Origin: Marsupella aquatica
Taxonomy: Eukaryota > Plantae > Marchantiophyta
NCBI GenBank assembly: GCA_973895155.1
Contig: OZ316892.1
Span: 29,084,932 to 29,148,931, forward strand
Reading direction: 5' to 3'
Length of the DNA: 64,000 bases
The position numbers and the translations under genes are program-made. The notes below the pieces were generated by a model. The model saw only the letters and a program-made list of their open reading frames with translations. It was not told the origin of the DNA and did no database searches. Position 1 is the stretch's first letter; each line of letters begins with the position of its first letter. Positions 39,700 through 54,036 of this stretch are shown piece after piece.

Positions 39700-42600
39700 A
39701 CCCAGGGGACCAGAGGTCGACGTGCTATGACCGGAGGGGCCGGAACCAGGTAAGAAGCTGGGTTTCCCAAAGGGAACAACTAATTTCTCTTTCTCTCTCT
39801 CCCCTGGACTTCGTAATCAGTGAACATTTAACGGGTTCCTTTATAATCCCCTATGTGATCTGCACTTGGATTTGCTTGTAAGCCTCGGGTCGTGTTTGGG
39901 GGTCAACCAGAAGTAGGTGCAGCGTTGAGGATTTTATCCTTGGCGCTATATTATTGGAAGCTGCCTTCTTGAAACAAGACGTCTTCTTTCAATTGGTGAT
40001 GTGGAGAGAAATTTGATGGACCCTGAGTCTTTGGGTTGATAAAAGCACCCATCGCACTCTACAAACTTATGCTTCAACTAAGTGATTAAATAAGAGCAGA
40101 AGATGTAGAAACTGAACTAGTTAGTTTTTTCGTTAATTGTTTTTGTAAATATGACTGAGGTTTAGCAGAGACTTTTCGATGTAAGTGGCAATCTCTTCCG
40201 CAAATCCACAAGATTGAGAGGCTCTCGGCAATTACAGGAATGGGTCTGCCAGTGGAGAGAATGCTAAAGCTACTGCTCCACCACGAGTTTTTCTTCATAG
40301 ACTGGTCCGGACTTGAAGAATTATTGTTGTCTGGAAGGAACACCCCGTCTGACGAACTATTGGAACCCCTTCTCTACAAGGTCAAGAGCAACGTACTCAC
40401 CTCTCCCTTTTACTGTCTCAATGGAAACCCATCCATGAAAAGCTTTTATTCACTTCCTTCTTCATTAACAGCAACACTTTCCCGGAAGCAGGAACGTCCT
40501 TTATTTGCGACACACTGTTATTTGGAAAATTCAATTTATTCATAGCTGAGGATAGCTGATTGGGTGTTTCTATTGTTGCAGGGGGTGAAGCCATGGGCAA
40601 GAAGGCAGATGACTGCAGCTTCTGATGTAAGGCCTCCATACCTGAAGCAGTAGAAACTGACAGAAGGACTTTCCACATCAAAGCATGTTGGATAGGGGTG
40701 CAGAGAGTCTCAAATCTCCGGCACCCCTATCTTTCGTTTCGGTTCTGTAACAAGGAGACTTCTACTGTAGCTCTTAAGTATGCAGAGAATTGTGAATAGC
40801 TTCAGAAGAGTCACAACATAGCTAGATGATAGGTTCATTCAATTGTCTTGCTCTCAACACCAATGGATATAGGCTCCAGCTGAGAAGGCAGTTCAAAACT
40901 CGGCAATACTTGCCGGTAAGCTCATCCTTATGCGTGCCACATAAGACCCAGTTGATAATAAACCAGAAATCATGGTTCAAGGCGGGTCAGTTTACCATCA
41001 GAGATGTGCAGGGCAATCTCCTGTTCAACATGACTTTTGAGGGCGGGTATTTCCTTACCGGGGAAAGAATTGCCGAGACTTTTTGCCGAATTTCTACCGA
41101 AACCAAAACTTTGGGAATTCTTGGCACTCATGTTTAACAGGCTTCCTCAATCAGACTTGGATTCTTTGCTGGAGTAGAAACAGCAAAACTGTGCTTGCCG
41201 ATGCGATCTCCACCACTCCGTGCTGCTTCCCTGCACTTCTTAACGCCCAGAATTTTTCCATGGCTCATGGTTGCTGCCTCAATGGTGTGAGGGAGGTACT
41301 TGGCGCCCAACCCTAACCTGCATGCTGTGACAAGAATTTAATGAGTGCGAGACAACACCCACAATGTCTTAGGAACTTCCATGCCTTATCGTGCAAGGAA
41401 CAGGGCTACAGAGCTCTTCTGAGTATGATAATACTTAGTCTACATCTTGCTATTTGTTCCATAAATTCTCTCATTCTTTCGACCGACAATTGCTTGTTCC
41501 TCTGCTTCCGTCGTCCTTGTCAAAATCAGTCTGTCATGCCGGGGCATTAAATCAATTTCTACTTCTTTCCCCTTCCGTGTCCCCCATGCTTGCTCTGCTG
41601 ACGACCCGAGACGACAAAATCTTAGCAAAACAAACGCTGCATCAAAAGCAGCGATTAGGATTTTGAGAGGCAGGAGCAGAGGAGCAGAGGATTCAAAGTG
41701 AAAGGGAAAGCAGCACAAGAAAAATGGTTTGCAGTAGAGTGGACCCCCTAACAAGTCTCCTTGGTTTCAGCTCGAACTCCTAGTAAACAACACATGACAC
41801 AGGGCTGTCTCACAAGAAAATCCAGGAACTTTGGATTCTAAACGATAATTCAGCCTTCTGCTGTCATCCAGGACAAGGAATGTCTCATGCAGCCTTACAC
41901 TACCCGCTTTACTTGGGCGAGCAAGTCCAGGAGCCTCTGGACTCTCTGGTAACTAAGATTGGAAACTGTCCTTCCTGATACAGGGACCAGCCAGGGAATG
42001 GTCACCAAAATGTGCACAGAAACCAACTGGCTTTGGTAAGTTGACCAGAGGATGAGCCTAGAACCAAGAGGTCCCAGGTTCAATCCTCCCTCTGGAGTGG
42101 AGGGTATAATTATGCGTGCGTGTGGGTGGGGTGTAGTGGTGGGAGTATTGAGTATTTCCTCAGCCCCTGGCGTTGGCCAGCTTTGGGGCTCTGCTTTAAT
42201 TCTCTGTCCCTCCTGGCCTGGGTCCATGTCGAATCCTGGAATATTGTCTCCTTGTGGCTACCCTACATAGAATTGCATGCTCCAGAGTAGGATGTCTATC
42301 CTCTGTTGCTTTCAGTTAAATTTAATTTAAAACATATGAAGATTTAAAACATGTGAAGAACTTGGCATACAACCAATCAAGCATACTACTAGAGGATGAT
42401 AAAAAAACATCCTGAGGAATACACACTCAAAAGGGAGATGGCAAGAGAAGATTAACTATTAGAAGTGAAGTCTATCCTCTGTTGGATGGGCCTGCTTTCA
42501 AATTTCAAGGCAAAAATTAAAAAAAACCTGCACAGAACTTGACATGCTACCAACCAACCAGACAACTAGAGGATAAAAAAATCCTGAGGAATACACACTT

Positions 42601-43700
42601 GAAAGGGAGATGGCAAGAGACTATTAGAAGTGTCAGTACTCGGTCTATGTGTACACAAATGCACTCGTCAATTCTCCCTCTACACATCCACAAAATGCCA
42701 TGTGCAAATAAATCACTCGAATCCCAATTTGTCAAAATCAAAATATTTGAGAAGAAATGGAAAACAGACTACAGATTGAATCTTCAATGGGAGCAGAGGA
42801 TTCAGAAAGTCAATGACAAAACTTGTAAGAATGTTCCTCACCACTTGCACGGCCTTGTTTGAGACAACTAACTTAAATTCCTTCCTTGCATAGGCCAACT
42901 CGTCATTATGCTGTAGGATTTCTTCATTCACTTTGGCCTTATCTTCTCCAGGTTAATTAAGACCCCAACCCTAGACTCTAGGCAGTCCTTTGAGTCCATC
43001 CACTCCGTTGAAAGACCGTGTGTTAAATCTACGTCAACCATACAACCAAAACATAAACCAAGACGCATGTCATTCAAATCATTTGGTTTGTAGATCATAA
43101 ATATAGTGTATTGGTTTATGTTCTGGTGTAGGGAAAACATTAACTTGACATAGATTTACCCCACATTGTTGAAAGAGCTCACTAATGGATCCACTCCCAC
43201 AGTTGCAACAGATGGACTGTCTCCATCTCATTCAATAACGGCTCGCATGTCCAATTTTAATTTTCTTTCGGTGCCATCGAGTATGGATGATTATGGATGA
43301 GCTACCTGGCTGGGAAACTGTTGTTGCTGTTCAATGCTGCCTGTTAACCAGCTGCCCATCCTCCAAGCAATGTGAATTCTATCTGGGGCAGGTGAATACT
43401 CATATGGGTGAGTAGTAGCCATGTGGCAGGTGGATATCCATGGCGGTTTCTGCACCATTTTACTAATAAGCAAAGCTACTTTGAGGGCTATTGGGCATCT
43501 TACTAATAGGCAAAGATACTTTTGAGGGCAATTGGGTAGAGTGATCCTGGAGACAGTAAAACAGAAAAGTAGAGTGGACAAAAAACAGAGCTGGGGCAAA
43601 ATTCTTTCTTGTCGTGGTCTCTATTTATGTTCAAGGACTTCCGGGCGATAATCAAATTAGGGGTGGGGATGAAAAACAAAGATAGGGGTGGAGTAGTGCC
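39700..43700 (+). mobile_element. Heavily decayed LINE remnant, interrupted by another insertion at ~42290-43290
   Basis: Endonuclease-start-like FNCLALNTNG at 40826, an RT QG-like remnant at ~41865-41900 and a C-terminal-like remnant at ~43420-43530. No long ORF. Local duplication 42290-42640. Confidence 0.4.
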
Positions 43701-45469
43701 GGGAGGAGTGCACCACTTGTGAAGGCTGCTTGTGAAGAGAGTCGGTGGAGTAGGGGCAGCATGTGAAGAGAGTTGATGGATTAGGGAGGCCGCCTGGGAA
43801 GAGGTCAGCCACTATCATCGAGGTCAAGGTCTATGGTGAAACGTCCAACCCTTCTCTGAACTACCTGAAGAAGCTTTGGTCAGATAGCTGCTGTCATCAA
43901 AGGTCAACACTTTTTTTTATCCTTGTCCCTATTCACATTGGTAGCCAGGCTAGTTGTCCAAACAAGTGAGCCCTGTGGTACCAGCCCCTTCATTGCTGCG
44001 AGTCAGGTTTGGAGTTCATGTTTCATGAATGAGAGCCTACTTACACGTGAAGGTAGTCAACAATACAATACAATACAATACAATACGGCCCTCAGCATTT
44101 GCAAAATGTGAGGGAAACATCATGTCTTGTTTGACAAGAGTATATGCTACCTGGTGCACTCCAAACTTTGCAATGGCAAAGTTTTACAACATGTGCCCCA
44201 TTCAGGCTTTTGTTGTATGCTGGAGTTTGAGGTTGAGAAATCAAGGGGTCAGAAAGTTTCCGTCGCTTGCCCTTGCTCCTAGTTTTTTGCCGTCAGGCCT
44301 GGCATGGGAGCGGCTTAGTTAAGACATTGTTCTCTAGCTCATGTACATTCTTCTGCAAGTCAATTTGAGGGTACGAAAACATAAGGCCCCTCACATGCAA
44401 GTTGGCTTTGAAGCAACTTTTACGCAACCAAAGTGGGGTTCACCAAAGTCCTTCCACCCCGCCTTCCGCACACACTCAACACTTAGAAAAATTTGAGGTC
44501 ATCATTCTCTTTTCAAGTAAATGGAAACTCTGTCACACTTAACACTTGGACAAATTGGAGGTCATTCTCTTATCAAGTAATTCCTTGGAATGGTAACCAT
44601 TTTATTAATTGTTTCAGTTCCCCTGCGAAAAGCCCCACGGGAAGGGCGCACAAACAGACCATAGCCTCGGCAGGCAGCCAAGACAGAACTGAGGACCAAA
44701 CCTCATCCAACCCTATCCCTCATCGGGCAAGGAATTAACCTCCTTGAAGACACCCAACAGCGAACAAGAGGAAGACCAGCAGCCCAAACACACACCAAAC
44801 TACCTCAATACCAGCTTGAGGGCATCAATGCCCCAAGAACCACAATATCATTGGTCACAATGTTCCAACACCACCACAACAAAATCGGAGACAATCAATA
44901 AATGTCTCAATAAATGTCCATTGTATTGTCATGTTTGGAATGTATATACTCCCTGTTTACCTAAACCACACACATATTTTTCCAGCCCACGGTTTTTGGA
45001 ATTCTTATTTATGTAGTGGACACCAAATAGTTTTCTGAAACTGAAGCCACGATGGACCACCATAATTGACACAATGTTCCCGTGGACCACATTGTTTTTG
45101 GTCTATTGGAGTTTGGCGCCAAAATTTATTAGTCCTAAAGTATTTTTAATTTTGCACCTGTAATGGACCTGCAAGGCAACTAGGAGAAGGAGTACATGAG
45201 AAAACCTCAAACCCAAATATCTCATATTAGCACAATGAAGATTAATCAAATGGAATTTACCCCTCCGCAATCTGTGACAAAAAACTAAGCCAAAATGATC
45301 AAAACTTCACTATCACTTTGATGAAAATGTAATTTACCTACTCCTCCATCATTACCCCAGAACTATGAAATATTTATATTTATGAATACCAAGTTATTAG
45401 AATTAGACTCAAATTTTGGGAATTGCTGTCTGTGGAGGCTTCAAAATCTCAAATTGCTTTTCAATTAAA

Positions 45470-46027
45470 ATCACCACTTGCCATACGAAAGGAGAAGTGT
45501 CCATTTTTTCTCCCCTTTTCACATTTCTCTCCTCTAGGGTGAGACTTTGTTCCACAATTTAAGGCAACAAATACTAAAAATGGTGAAAAATGGTGGATCC
45601 AGGCTTTGTCATGGAAAGTGAGAGAAGTGGCCAATACTTCTCCCTTTTTCACATTTCTCTCCTCTAGGGTGATACTTTGCTTTACAATTTAAGGAAACAT
45701 ACTAAAATTGGTGAAAAATGGTGGATCCAGGTTTTTTCATGGAAAGTGAGAGAAGTGTCCAATATTTCTCCCCTTTTCACATCACTCTCTTCTAGGGTGG
45801 GACTTTCTCTTCTAGGGTGAGACTTTGCTTCACAATTTAAGGAAGAAAAAATGGAGAAAAATGGTGAAACCTGGTGGATCCAGGTTTGGTCATGGAAAGT
45901 GAAAGAAGTGTCCAATACTTCTCCCCTTTCCACATTGTTTCCTCTCTTCTATTGTGAGACTTTGCTTCACAAAAAAAATATTAAAAATGGTGAAAAATGG
46001 CTCACATGGTTTTGTCATGGAAAGTGA
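45470..46027. repeat. Tandem repeat (~130-150-bp unit, 4 copies) upstream of SBP
   Basis: Unit GAGAAGTGTCCA..TTTTCACAT..CTAGGGTGAGACTTTG..ATGGTGAAAAATGGTGGATCCAGG..TCATGGAAAGTGA at ~45492, 45622, 45750 and 45902. A related monomer lies at ~53700-53850. Confidence 0.9.
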
Positions 46028-47193
46028 CGCTATAATTAATTTCTTAAAGGTACCCTAATACAGAGTACTTGAAATGTCCCCCGTGATTCAGTCCAAATAC
46101 AATGTATCTGACTCCCCAGTGCATATCGTACGTACTTTCCACTGAAAAGAAGGATTTGAGAATCGATGGATTCGAAGTGTGTACTCCCGAATGCCAAATC
46201 CATCGACTCTGAAGCTCAGACGCCGGCAAAATAATTCGGCAAGCTCGATTTACTGATTCGGATTTGGTGCTGATTCGTGTTGTCTGGGTTTTTATTGGGG
46301 GAATTTCTTTGGTTTGGGTCATTTCTCTTGAGTCAAACCAATTGGGCTCTTCTGACTCGTCTCTGGTGACTCATCGTCCCTAGCCTCTCTTGTGGGCGTT
46401 TGGGTCGGATTCGGTCACTCGCTGCTCTTTTGACATTGTTTGAGAATTCGGAGGTTGGGGTTGGGCCGAAACGGAGGTGGGCATCAGGGGAACAATTGTG
46501 GTGAGCTTTTGTTTCGTCATTTCGAGCATCTCTGTGGTGCTTTCTGACATCAATTTCGGTTTCGGATTCGTGGTCTTGCATGTGTTTGAGATCGTTTGGC
46601 TTCTCGGATGTTGGAGCGAAACAGAACACACTCTGTCTTAGCAATTGTAGTGGGAACTCGTCAGAGCTGCAGCATCGAGTGGACTCTGATTGAAGACCTT
46701 CCTCGGGGTTGTGTTTGGATTTGTGGTCTCAGAGTTGGGAGTGGTTGCACGTCAGTGTGTCCAAGAGGCTAGCAATGCTCATGAGAACTTGATTGTCGCC
46801 AATTGATGTGGAACCTTCGTTGATGTCCCGTACGTAACTACGGCCAGCGGTCGATGTTGTGCAGCAGGAGCGGAACTTCCGATTCTGTGCATTATGTGTG
46901 TACTGTAGTACGTCAATATCGAGTGATTATCGTTGATAGCTCGTCAGTCTGTTACTGTTCAGGAGCAGCAGGGTCTGTATGGCGGAGCCTTGCACGGTGT
47001 GTTGGACAGATATGGTTGAAATTTACACGCGGACGTAAGTAATTAGCAGAGCTTCCGGCCCTTCTCTCCTCGTACCGTATTGACGGACACAGGTCTTTCG
47101 TGTGGGTTTCGCAGGATGATCTGAGAAACAGCTGTTTTGCAATACAAAGAGACAGAACAACTGTCAGGGCAGAGGCAGTGCGCTCGCGGTGCA

Positions 47194-49889
47194 ATGGAGG
47201 ATTCTTGCTGCGCAGTCAGCACAGGGCCGGGGTATGCGACACCGAAGGAGGCTCAACTTGGTCCTCGAGAAAAGATCATTTACATTACTGCCATTTATAC
47301 TGGTATGTTCATCTCTTTCGTTCGTTGATCTGGTACAAAGAACTACGTGGTTAGCTTGCTTTTCACTGAGCAGTAAGTGTTTGGATGCATTTTCCGTCTC
47401 CTGGTTGTGATTTCATTCAGGTGGGAATTATTTCAACAGAGGGCGGTGTTTTCCTAGTTAATCAATTCATTCATGGATTCGAATTCCCCTTGTCCCCTGT
47501 AGAACGACGTTGGGCTGATGGTGAGGTTTCGTTGCTGACATTTGCAGGGACGAAGATAAAGAAGCCAGATTATTTGGCGACAGTGGATGTAGACATCGAC
47601 TCGAAGACGTATGGAAAAATCATTCACCGATTGCCAGTTGCGAACTTAGACGATGAATTGCACCACAGCGGATGGAATACATGCAGCTCTTGCCATGAAG
47701 ACACTTCTGTTCAGCGGCGCTATCTCGTCCTCCCCAGTCTCGTGTAAGCTAATCTTGTTCTTGTCGTTTGGAAGGAGCTCTGTGATTGCATGCCGAGGAA
47801 AAAAATTCTCTGCAATTTTTACGGAGCAGTATTCTCTTGCAGCAATTAACATTTTGTGGTAGCAGTTCAATGGTGACCCTGAGGGCCGCAGAATTAATAC
47901 TTTGCCTTTGCAGCTCGGGTCGGATTTACATCGTCGACACGATCACCGACCCACTGAAACCAACGTTTCACAAAACAGTCGAGCCGGAAGAGATATTGGA
48001 GAAGACTGGGCTAGCCTTTCCTCACACGGCTCATTGCTTGGCAAATGGAGATGTCATGGTGTCCTGTCTCGGGGACAAGGAGGGCCGTGCAGAAGGCGCA
48101 GGGTTCCTTCTCCTCGATGGAAAGTTCAACGTCAAGGGACGGTCTGTAGTTCTAAACACAAGACTTGCGTTTGGTTGGTAACTTGTGAAAGTTTGGTCCA
48201 TAGGCGATCTGGTTGCTCGGCGGAAGGAGCTAGAATTCTCAATTTTGAATGTTGATCATGGTTGCAGATGGGAGGAGAAAGGTCACAGTCCACCATTCGG
48301 GTATGATTTCTGGTATCAGCCGCGCTTTAAGACGATGATTAGCTCCTCATGGGGAGCACCCAGCGCTTTCACAAAGGGATTCAATCCCGCTCAGGTTGCT
48401 GAAGGCCTTTACGGAAAGGAATTGTACGTCTATGAATGGCCTGGAGGCAAGTTGAAGCAGACTTTGGATCTTGGAAACACGGGTCTCATTCCGCTGGAGG
48501 TAGGTTCACCGTCCAGACCCCAGCACACATAAACTATGGGTATACTCAGAAGTACCGATGTTTTCTGACAATTTAGCATAATTCTCAGTTGCCCCCAGTG
48601 CAATCCTAATTGCTGGACAATGATGGAATGACGATTTCTCAGATACGGTTCCTCCACGATCCCGACCAGCCTATTGGCTTCGTCGGGTGTGCTCTGAGTA
48701 GCACTGTTGTGCGCTTTTTCAAGAAGGACGACGATACTTGGGACCATCATGTAAGGAAACCATGATTACTAGCTTTTCATTCATAAGTACCTGAAATCCG
48801 ACCAGTCACGAGTTTTCGAACACTGCATCTCTAAAGAAGATGTACCCATTTTTTAAAACTTTCCTGCTAGCCAATTCTCTGCAAATTTACTCTAATTCTT
48901 TTGTTCATAAGCTTGTTGTTCTAAGCCTCCAGCTTGACGTTGACAGTACCGTGAGTCAGTAATTACAATCGGGACTCTTCACTGCAGGTCGCCATTACAG
49001 TGCCAAACCTGAAGGTCAAGAACTGGATTCTTCCCGAGATTCCAGGCCTCATCACGGATTTTTTGATATCTCTGGACGATCGATTTTTGTACTTCTCCAA
49101 CTGGCTCCATGGTGATATCAGACAGTATAACATCGAGGACCCTGCCAACCCGGTGCTTGTTGGTCAAGTCTGGGTCGGTGGCAGCTTTAGAAAAGGCAGT
49201 GACGTTTTCGTCGAGAAGGAAGATGGCGAGCTTTGGCAGGCGGATGTTCCTGATGTTCAAGTAAGGGTTTACGTTTCCTTTGATTGTTCTTAGCCAGAAG
49301 TTTGCGCTAACTGTCCTACTGTAGTGCACAGTGGAAGCTTAATCATTCCATAATGGCAAACGGATCAAGAGAACAATGAGGAGATAGAACTTCAGTTAAA
49401 TAGTTTCAGCTGTTTTCTGATGCTTTATATCTTTATCTGAAGACAGAGTGCCCATTTTCCCATAAGTGTCAAAGAACAATGAGCCATTTTTAGATGCTCG
49501 GTGTTTCTCGTTCGTCTCCGTTGCGAACGTAGTGGCGAATTGTCACTGGAAATAGCAGAAAAGAAGTAAGGCACGGTGTGATGGTTGACCCTGTTGTTGG
49601 TTTGCAGGGAAGGAAGCTGAGAGGAGGACCACAAATGATTCAACTCAGCCTCGATGGAAAGAGACTGTACGCAAGCAATTCGTTGTTCAGCGCCTGGGAC
49701 AACCAGTTTTATCCGGATCTAGTGGAACAAGGGTCTCATATCCTGCTGATTGATGTGAATAACGAAAAGGGTGGCTTGTCTATCAACCAAAAGTTCTTCG
49801 TTGATTTTGCTGATGAGCCTGATGGCCCAGCTCTGGCGCACGAAATGCGATATCCGGGAGGTGACTGCACTTCGGATATCTGGATCTAA
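47194..49889 (+). CDS. SBP: Selenium-binding protein / methanethiol oxidase (SBP56 family); 7 exons, 475 aa
   Basis: Exons 47194-47302, 47548-47743, 47914-48141, 48268-48499, 48643-48750, 48988-49260, 49608-49889; all GT-AG, 1428 nt. Motifs [72 protein letters not shown]. Confidence 0.97.
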
Positions 49890-52800
49890 GTCAATTTTCA
49901 CGAGCTCCCCGAGGGTACTTGGACTGGAAGAAATACTGTACATAACTTTGATGCGCACACTTCAACTCGAGATAACTGTACATAGTAAACTCGACGTTTT
50001 CAAGCTTCCAAGTCAGTGACATAGTTAAAGCGCTCGGCCATTATTGCCATTGAATGCACTTCGAAGGGATTCTGGAAGGATTCTGGAGGTGCCATGGTCG
50101 TTGTGGTCTGCAGTTTCACAATCATACCAGCTCGTCCTCTGAATGCAGATGTGTAGCCCTTTGTTAGCCTCAGTTGTTGACGCGTAGAGAACGAGATTTT
50201 TAGGCGTCTAGAGAGGACAGTGGTTAGGGAAGAGATGCGAAGTGCCATAGCCGACCTTGACTCCGGATGCTGAATCACTGCTAAATACAATGATCATCTG
50301 GAGCTCCGTGGGCACAACAGAGACAGCGTTAACGGTCCATGTTTTAATAATCAATGTTTGAAGGTGGGACGAAACAGATGCTAAAATTTGAAACTGGAGG
50401 TTCGGAGTTGTTAATTGCCTGTTATTGAATTAGCTAAAAAATGCTGGTTCAATATAAAGTTGAAAAGCACAATTTGCAAGGCTGTTGTGAGAGCGCAAAT
50501 ACGTACTGCATGTACCTGACCAAGGTTGTGAATGGTGAGCTATTGCATTCAAAAGTAGGTTCTGATTATTTCTTGAAGCTAATTCAAAAACAATCTTTGT
50601 TTGTTTTACTTTGACCGGGTGAGTGACTATCAAGGTATTATGAGGATGAAGAACAAATGGTGGGGATCTCTTTCCTTGTCGTTGTAGATTTGATGATTGT
50701 GATGAGTTTGGTCTGCGCATTTTGAGAAAGAGAGTGAATTTGAATCTGTTGGCAGAAATCTTCTAAAGCCTCGGACTGAACGAAAGAGAAAATGCAAAAG
50801 CATCCGGACTGATCAACCAAGGTTGCTAACAAATGTTATAAGTCACTGTGATGTGGTAATCATTCATCCCGGGTGTTTTCTTCAACCATCGAATAGGGAG
50901 GAACAACTAAGCCGATGTGCCCATGTCTAAGGATAATTGAGCTTCAAAGAAGGCAATTGTGTAGGTGCCATAGTTGTTGCGGCTGGCAATTTGTCAATAA
51001 GGCCAGCTCGTTCCTTTGAACGCAGACCATATCCCTTCAGTTGGCCTCAGTTGTTTTGGTTGGAGAGAATAGATGTTTTAGGTGTCTAGAGAAGACGGGG
51101 GTCCGAGAGATGGGAATTGTGAAGCTACTGTACATGCTTGCAAATCCAAGCTCTCCAAGCTTGTACTCGTACCCTACTCGGCTTCCAAGCTCTCCAAGCA
51201 AAGATTGGAGAGAGCTTCTTCTCGAACTGGTCGAGTTCATTCACTAGAATTACAGCGACCTGTCTACATAGTGAGTTGGGAGTGTGGTATAACACACAGT
51301 TTTCTGCTGTTTATAAAGTTAATTGTCTCCCAATATCTCGTGCACAATACTTTCAGCCACTAGAAATCAGACTATTCTGAAGGCGTTCCAAGTCATTGAA
51401 AAAAACTGCAATTTCACATTGTGCTCCAGCCTTCGAACGTTATTTGAGAAGCTACACTACTCGGCTGTTGGCTACACAACCTCCGATCTCCTGCGACAAT
51501 CCGTGCCATGCACTTGCAGTTGTTCTCTAACTGGGATGCGTTACAAAATTGAGCAAAAATCCGCCCTAGAAGAATAAAGGTTGGGTACTGTCGACTGAAG
51601 GAATCCGACAGAGTCTGCGAAAGGATTGGGTAGAGAAGAAGAACTTTTACATTTATGAAATTGACGTCAGAGTTCATGGGGTTCGCGAAGGACCAGGATA
51701 CCAATCGGCCTGTGTTCTTGGAGGGAGCAGCCACCCACATGGATGCCGCCACAACTCCAGACATGAAAGGGTGTTTCTGGAACGTACTTTTCGGATAGAC
51801 GGAAAATCAAGCCAGGTGAGCTGCAAGCAGTGATGAGCTCGGCGCAAAAGTTGTGACGTACTGTGAAGATTACATGGGTGCTAGATTGAGTGCATAGATA
51901 TGCATGCCAGACTGTTGCTAGCTACTCTGGGGGCTTCGATCAAAATCAGTTCGACCTGTAGTCCCTCCACTAAGTCGTAGAATGTGGGTGGAATTCTCAA
52001 GAACAAATACGGCCTCAGGTCCTGGAAACATATCTTTCAGTATGTCCAGGCGAAGTGTACTGAACTCAAACTGTGAGGTGCAGGAATTGAGTTGAGAGTG
52101 GCAGGCGAATTGCTTAGTACAAGCTGGGGAGCGCAATTTCATCATCCAGGAACTTTGACAGGAACGTTAGTTTTGTCCATGAACCGGGTTCCTGAAAACA
52201 ATGCCGATCAAGATAGAAGAATGCGGTGATTTCAGTGCCGATTGCATTAATGAGGAATGTCAATTTGGTCCATGAAGGCAATGCAATTCAGATCAAAAAA
52301 ATGTGGTGACTTTTCTCTGGAACAAAACTGTAGAATGAATGAGAATGCTGCAGACCGAGAGAGATGAAAACCCTGAAAACAGGCTCGAGTAGGATCTTCA
52401 TCCCATCCATAGAAATGTGTCTTAAACTATGATGATATGGATCTAGAAGGAGTGCTTGAATGGAATCTACACCCCAACCATTTTGGACTACTCCTTGGCT
52501 GTTGGGGCCTTTTTTCTCTTCCCCTTCCCCCATGTATTGGGTTTGCATTGTCATTGGACCTATCTCACCATTATGAATGCTATTAGAATATATTATGTTG
52601 TGTGAATTTAGAGCTTTTATATGACTTGTGTGTTATTTGAGAACTTGAGGGTTTCTTTATGTTTGGAGGGATAGTTATCCCTTGTGGTGGCTTGGAGGCC
52701 TCATCTTTCCATGTTGAGCCTTTAAGTATGAGCTTTAACGGCTACGGTGTGACCGACCAGGTTTTGTGCACATGTGTGTATCACTTGAGTGAAAGTTGCG

Positions 52801-53099
52801 TTGGGCTTGACATACGTGTGTGATCGGATCGGGCATGATCGATTGTGTATTGTTAGCTGTGATCACTGTCTGATTCTTGTGAAGATTAAACATGTGTGTA
52901 CATGAGTTTTTCTTGTATCTCATTCTTTTATGTTTGTTTGTGTCTATGTTTGGATGTGTGTGATGCGATGTATGTTATGTAGCAATGTGTATACGCATGA
53001 CACACCCTGTCTCCTGGTTATTTTGGGGTCTTTGCTCTTAGTTAGTTTGGCACTGTTATATACCATTTGCTATGGATAAAATTCAGGTTATAAGGCTGT

Positions 53100-53600
53100 A
53101 AGCAATCTATAAGAACGTGCATAAATGTAACGTAGGATGACCTGGATCTGGAATGGATGGGACAATGGACCTGAAAATGATGAGCTATAAGCTTAAATGG
53201 GATCTCCATCTCAACCTATTTGCTTAATAGAATTCCTAAGCTTGCATGTAATCTATAAAAATGTGTATCTTAAACTAGGATGGTATGGATCCAGAACGCG
53301 TGCTTGAATCAAATCTCCGCCCCAGCCATTTTGCTGCGGATAGAATATCTAAGCTTGCATGCAATCTATAAAAAAAAAGTATCTTAAACTTGGATGACAT
53401 GGATCTAGAAGAGTGCTTGAATGGAATCAGTCTAGCTGCACCCCAACTATTTGCTACAGATAGAATTCCTAAGCTTGCATGGAATCTATACAAACATGTA
53501 TCTTAAACAAGGATGACATGGATCTAGAACAAGTGAGATGATAAACCAAGAGCTATAAGTTTGAATGGGATCTCCATCCCAACCTTTTGGATTGGATAGA
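53100..53600. repeat. Diverged ~115-125-bp tandem repeat, 4-5 copies
   Basis: Recurrent TAGAATTCCTAAGCTTGCATG..ATCTATA..TATCTTAAAC..GGATGACATGGATCTAGAA. A related piece lies at ~52410-52485. Confidence 0.8.
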
Positions 53601-53617
53601 AAGCCTAGGCCTGGTCA

Positions 53618-53923
53618 TCAAACTGGTGATGGAACCTCTCAAAAGTTTTGATGGAGAAGAGGAAGAAGGCAATCACACTGCCTTCCTAGTTAAACAGCCA
53701 CTAGCCATATGAAAGGGAGAAACATCCAACACTTCTCACTTTTTCACATTCCATTCATTACTCCCCTCCCCTGTGGCATTTTCCTCCACAATTTCAAGAA
53801 AATAATACTATTTATGGTGAAAACTGGTGGATGCAAGTTTTGTCATGTAGCTAGTGGTGGTTTGAGATGAAGCTCCCAAAAATCTTGATGGTGAAGATGA
53901 GTTAAATTCCATCACCAGTTTGA
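53618..53923. mobile_element. Small element bounded by perfect 17-bp inverted repeats
   Basis: TCAAACTGGTGATGGAA (53618-53634) and TTCCATCACCAGTTTGA (53907-53923). Encloses one monomer of the 45470-46027 repeat family. Confidence 0.55.
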
Positions 53924-54036
53924 CAATCACTTGAGCAAGTAGCTAGGTGCACCCTTAGCTATTTGACTACCCACTTTGATCAATTACTGCTAGTTAGACA
54001 TCAGCTAGGTGTCAACAGGAGCATTTGGCAAGTGCA

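Noticed and set aside
42050-42100. tRNA or tRNA-derived SINE (GAGGTCCCAGGTTCAATCC; similar motif at ~11875-11897)
   Set aside because: Only a B-box/T-arm-like piece is present; no cloverleaf, clear A-box or TSD.
8274-49889. Methionine/sulfur gene cluster (HSK plus methanethiol oxidase)
   Set aside because: The genes are 36 kb apart, separated by unrelated GT92 genes and transposons. Nothing in the sequence supports co-regulation.
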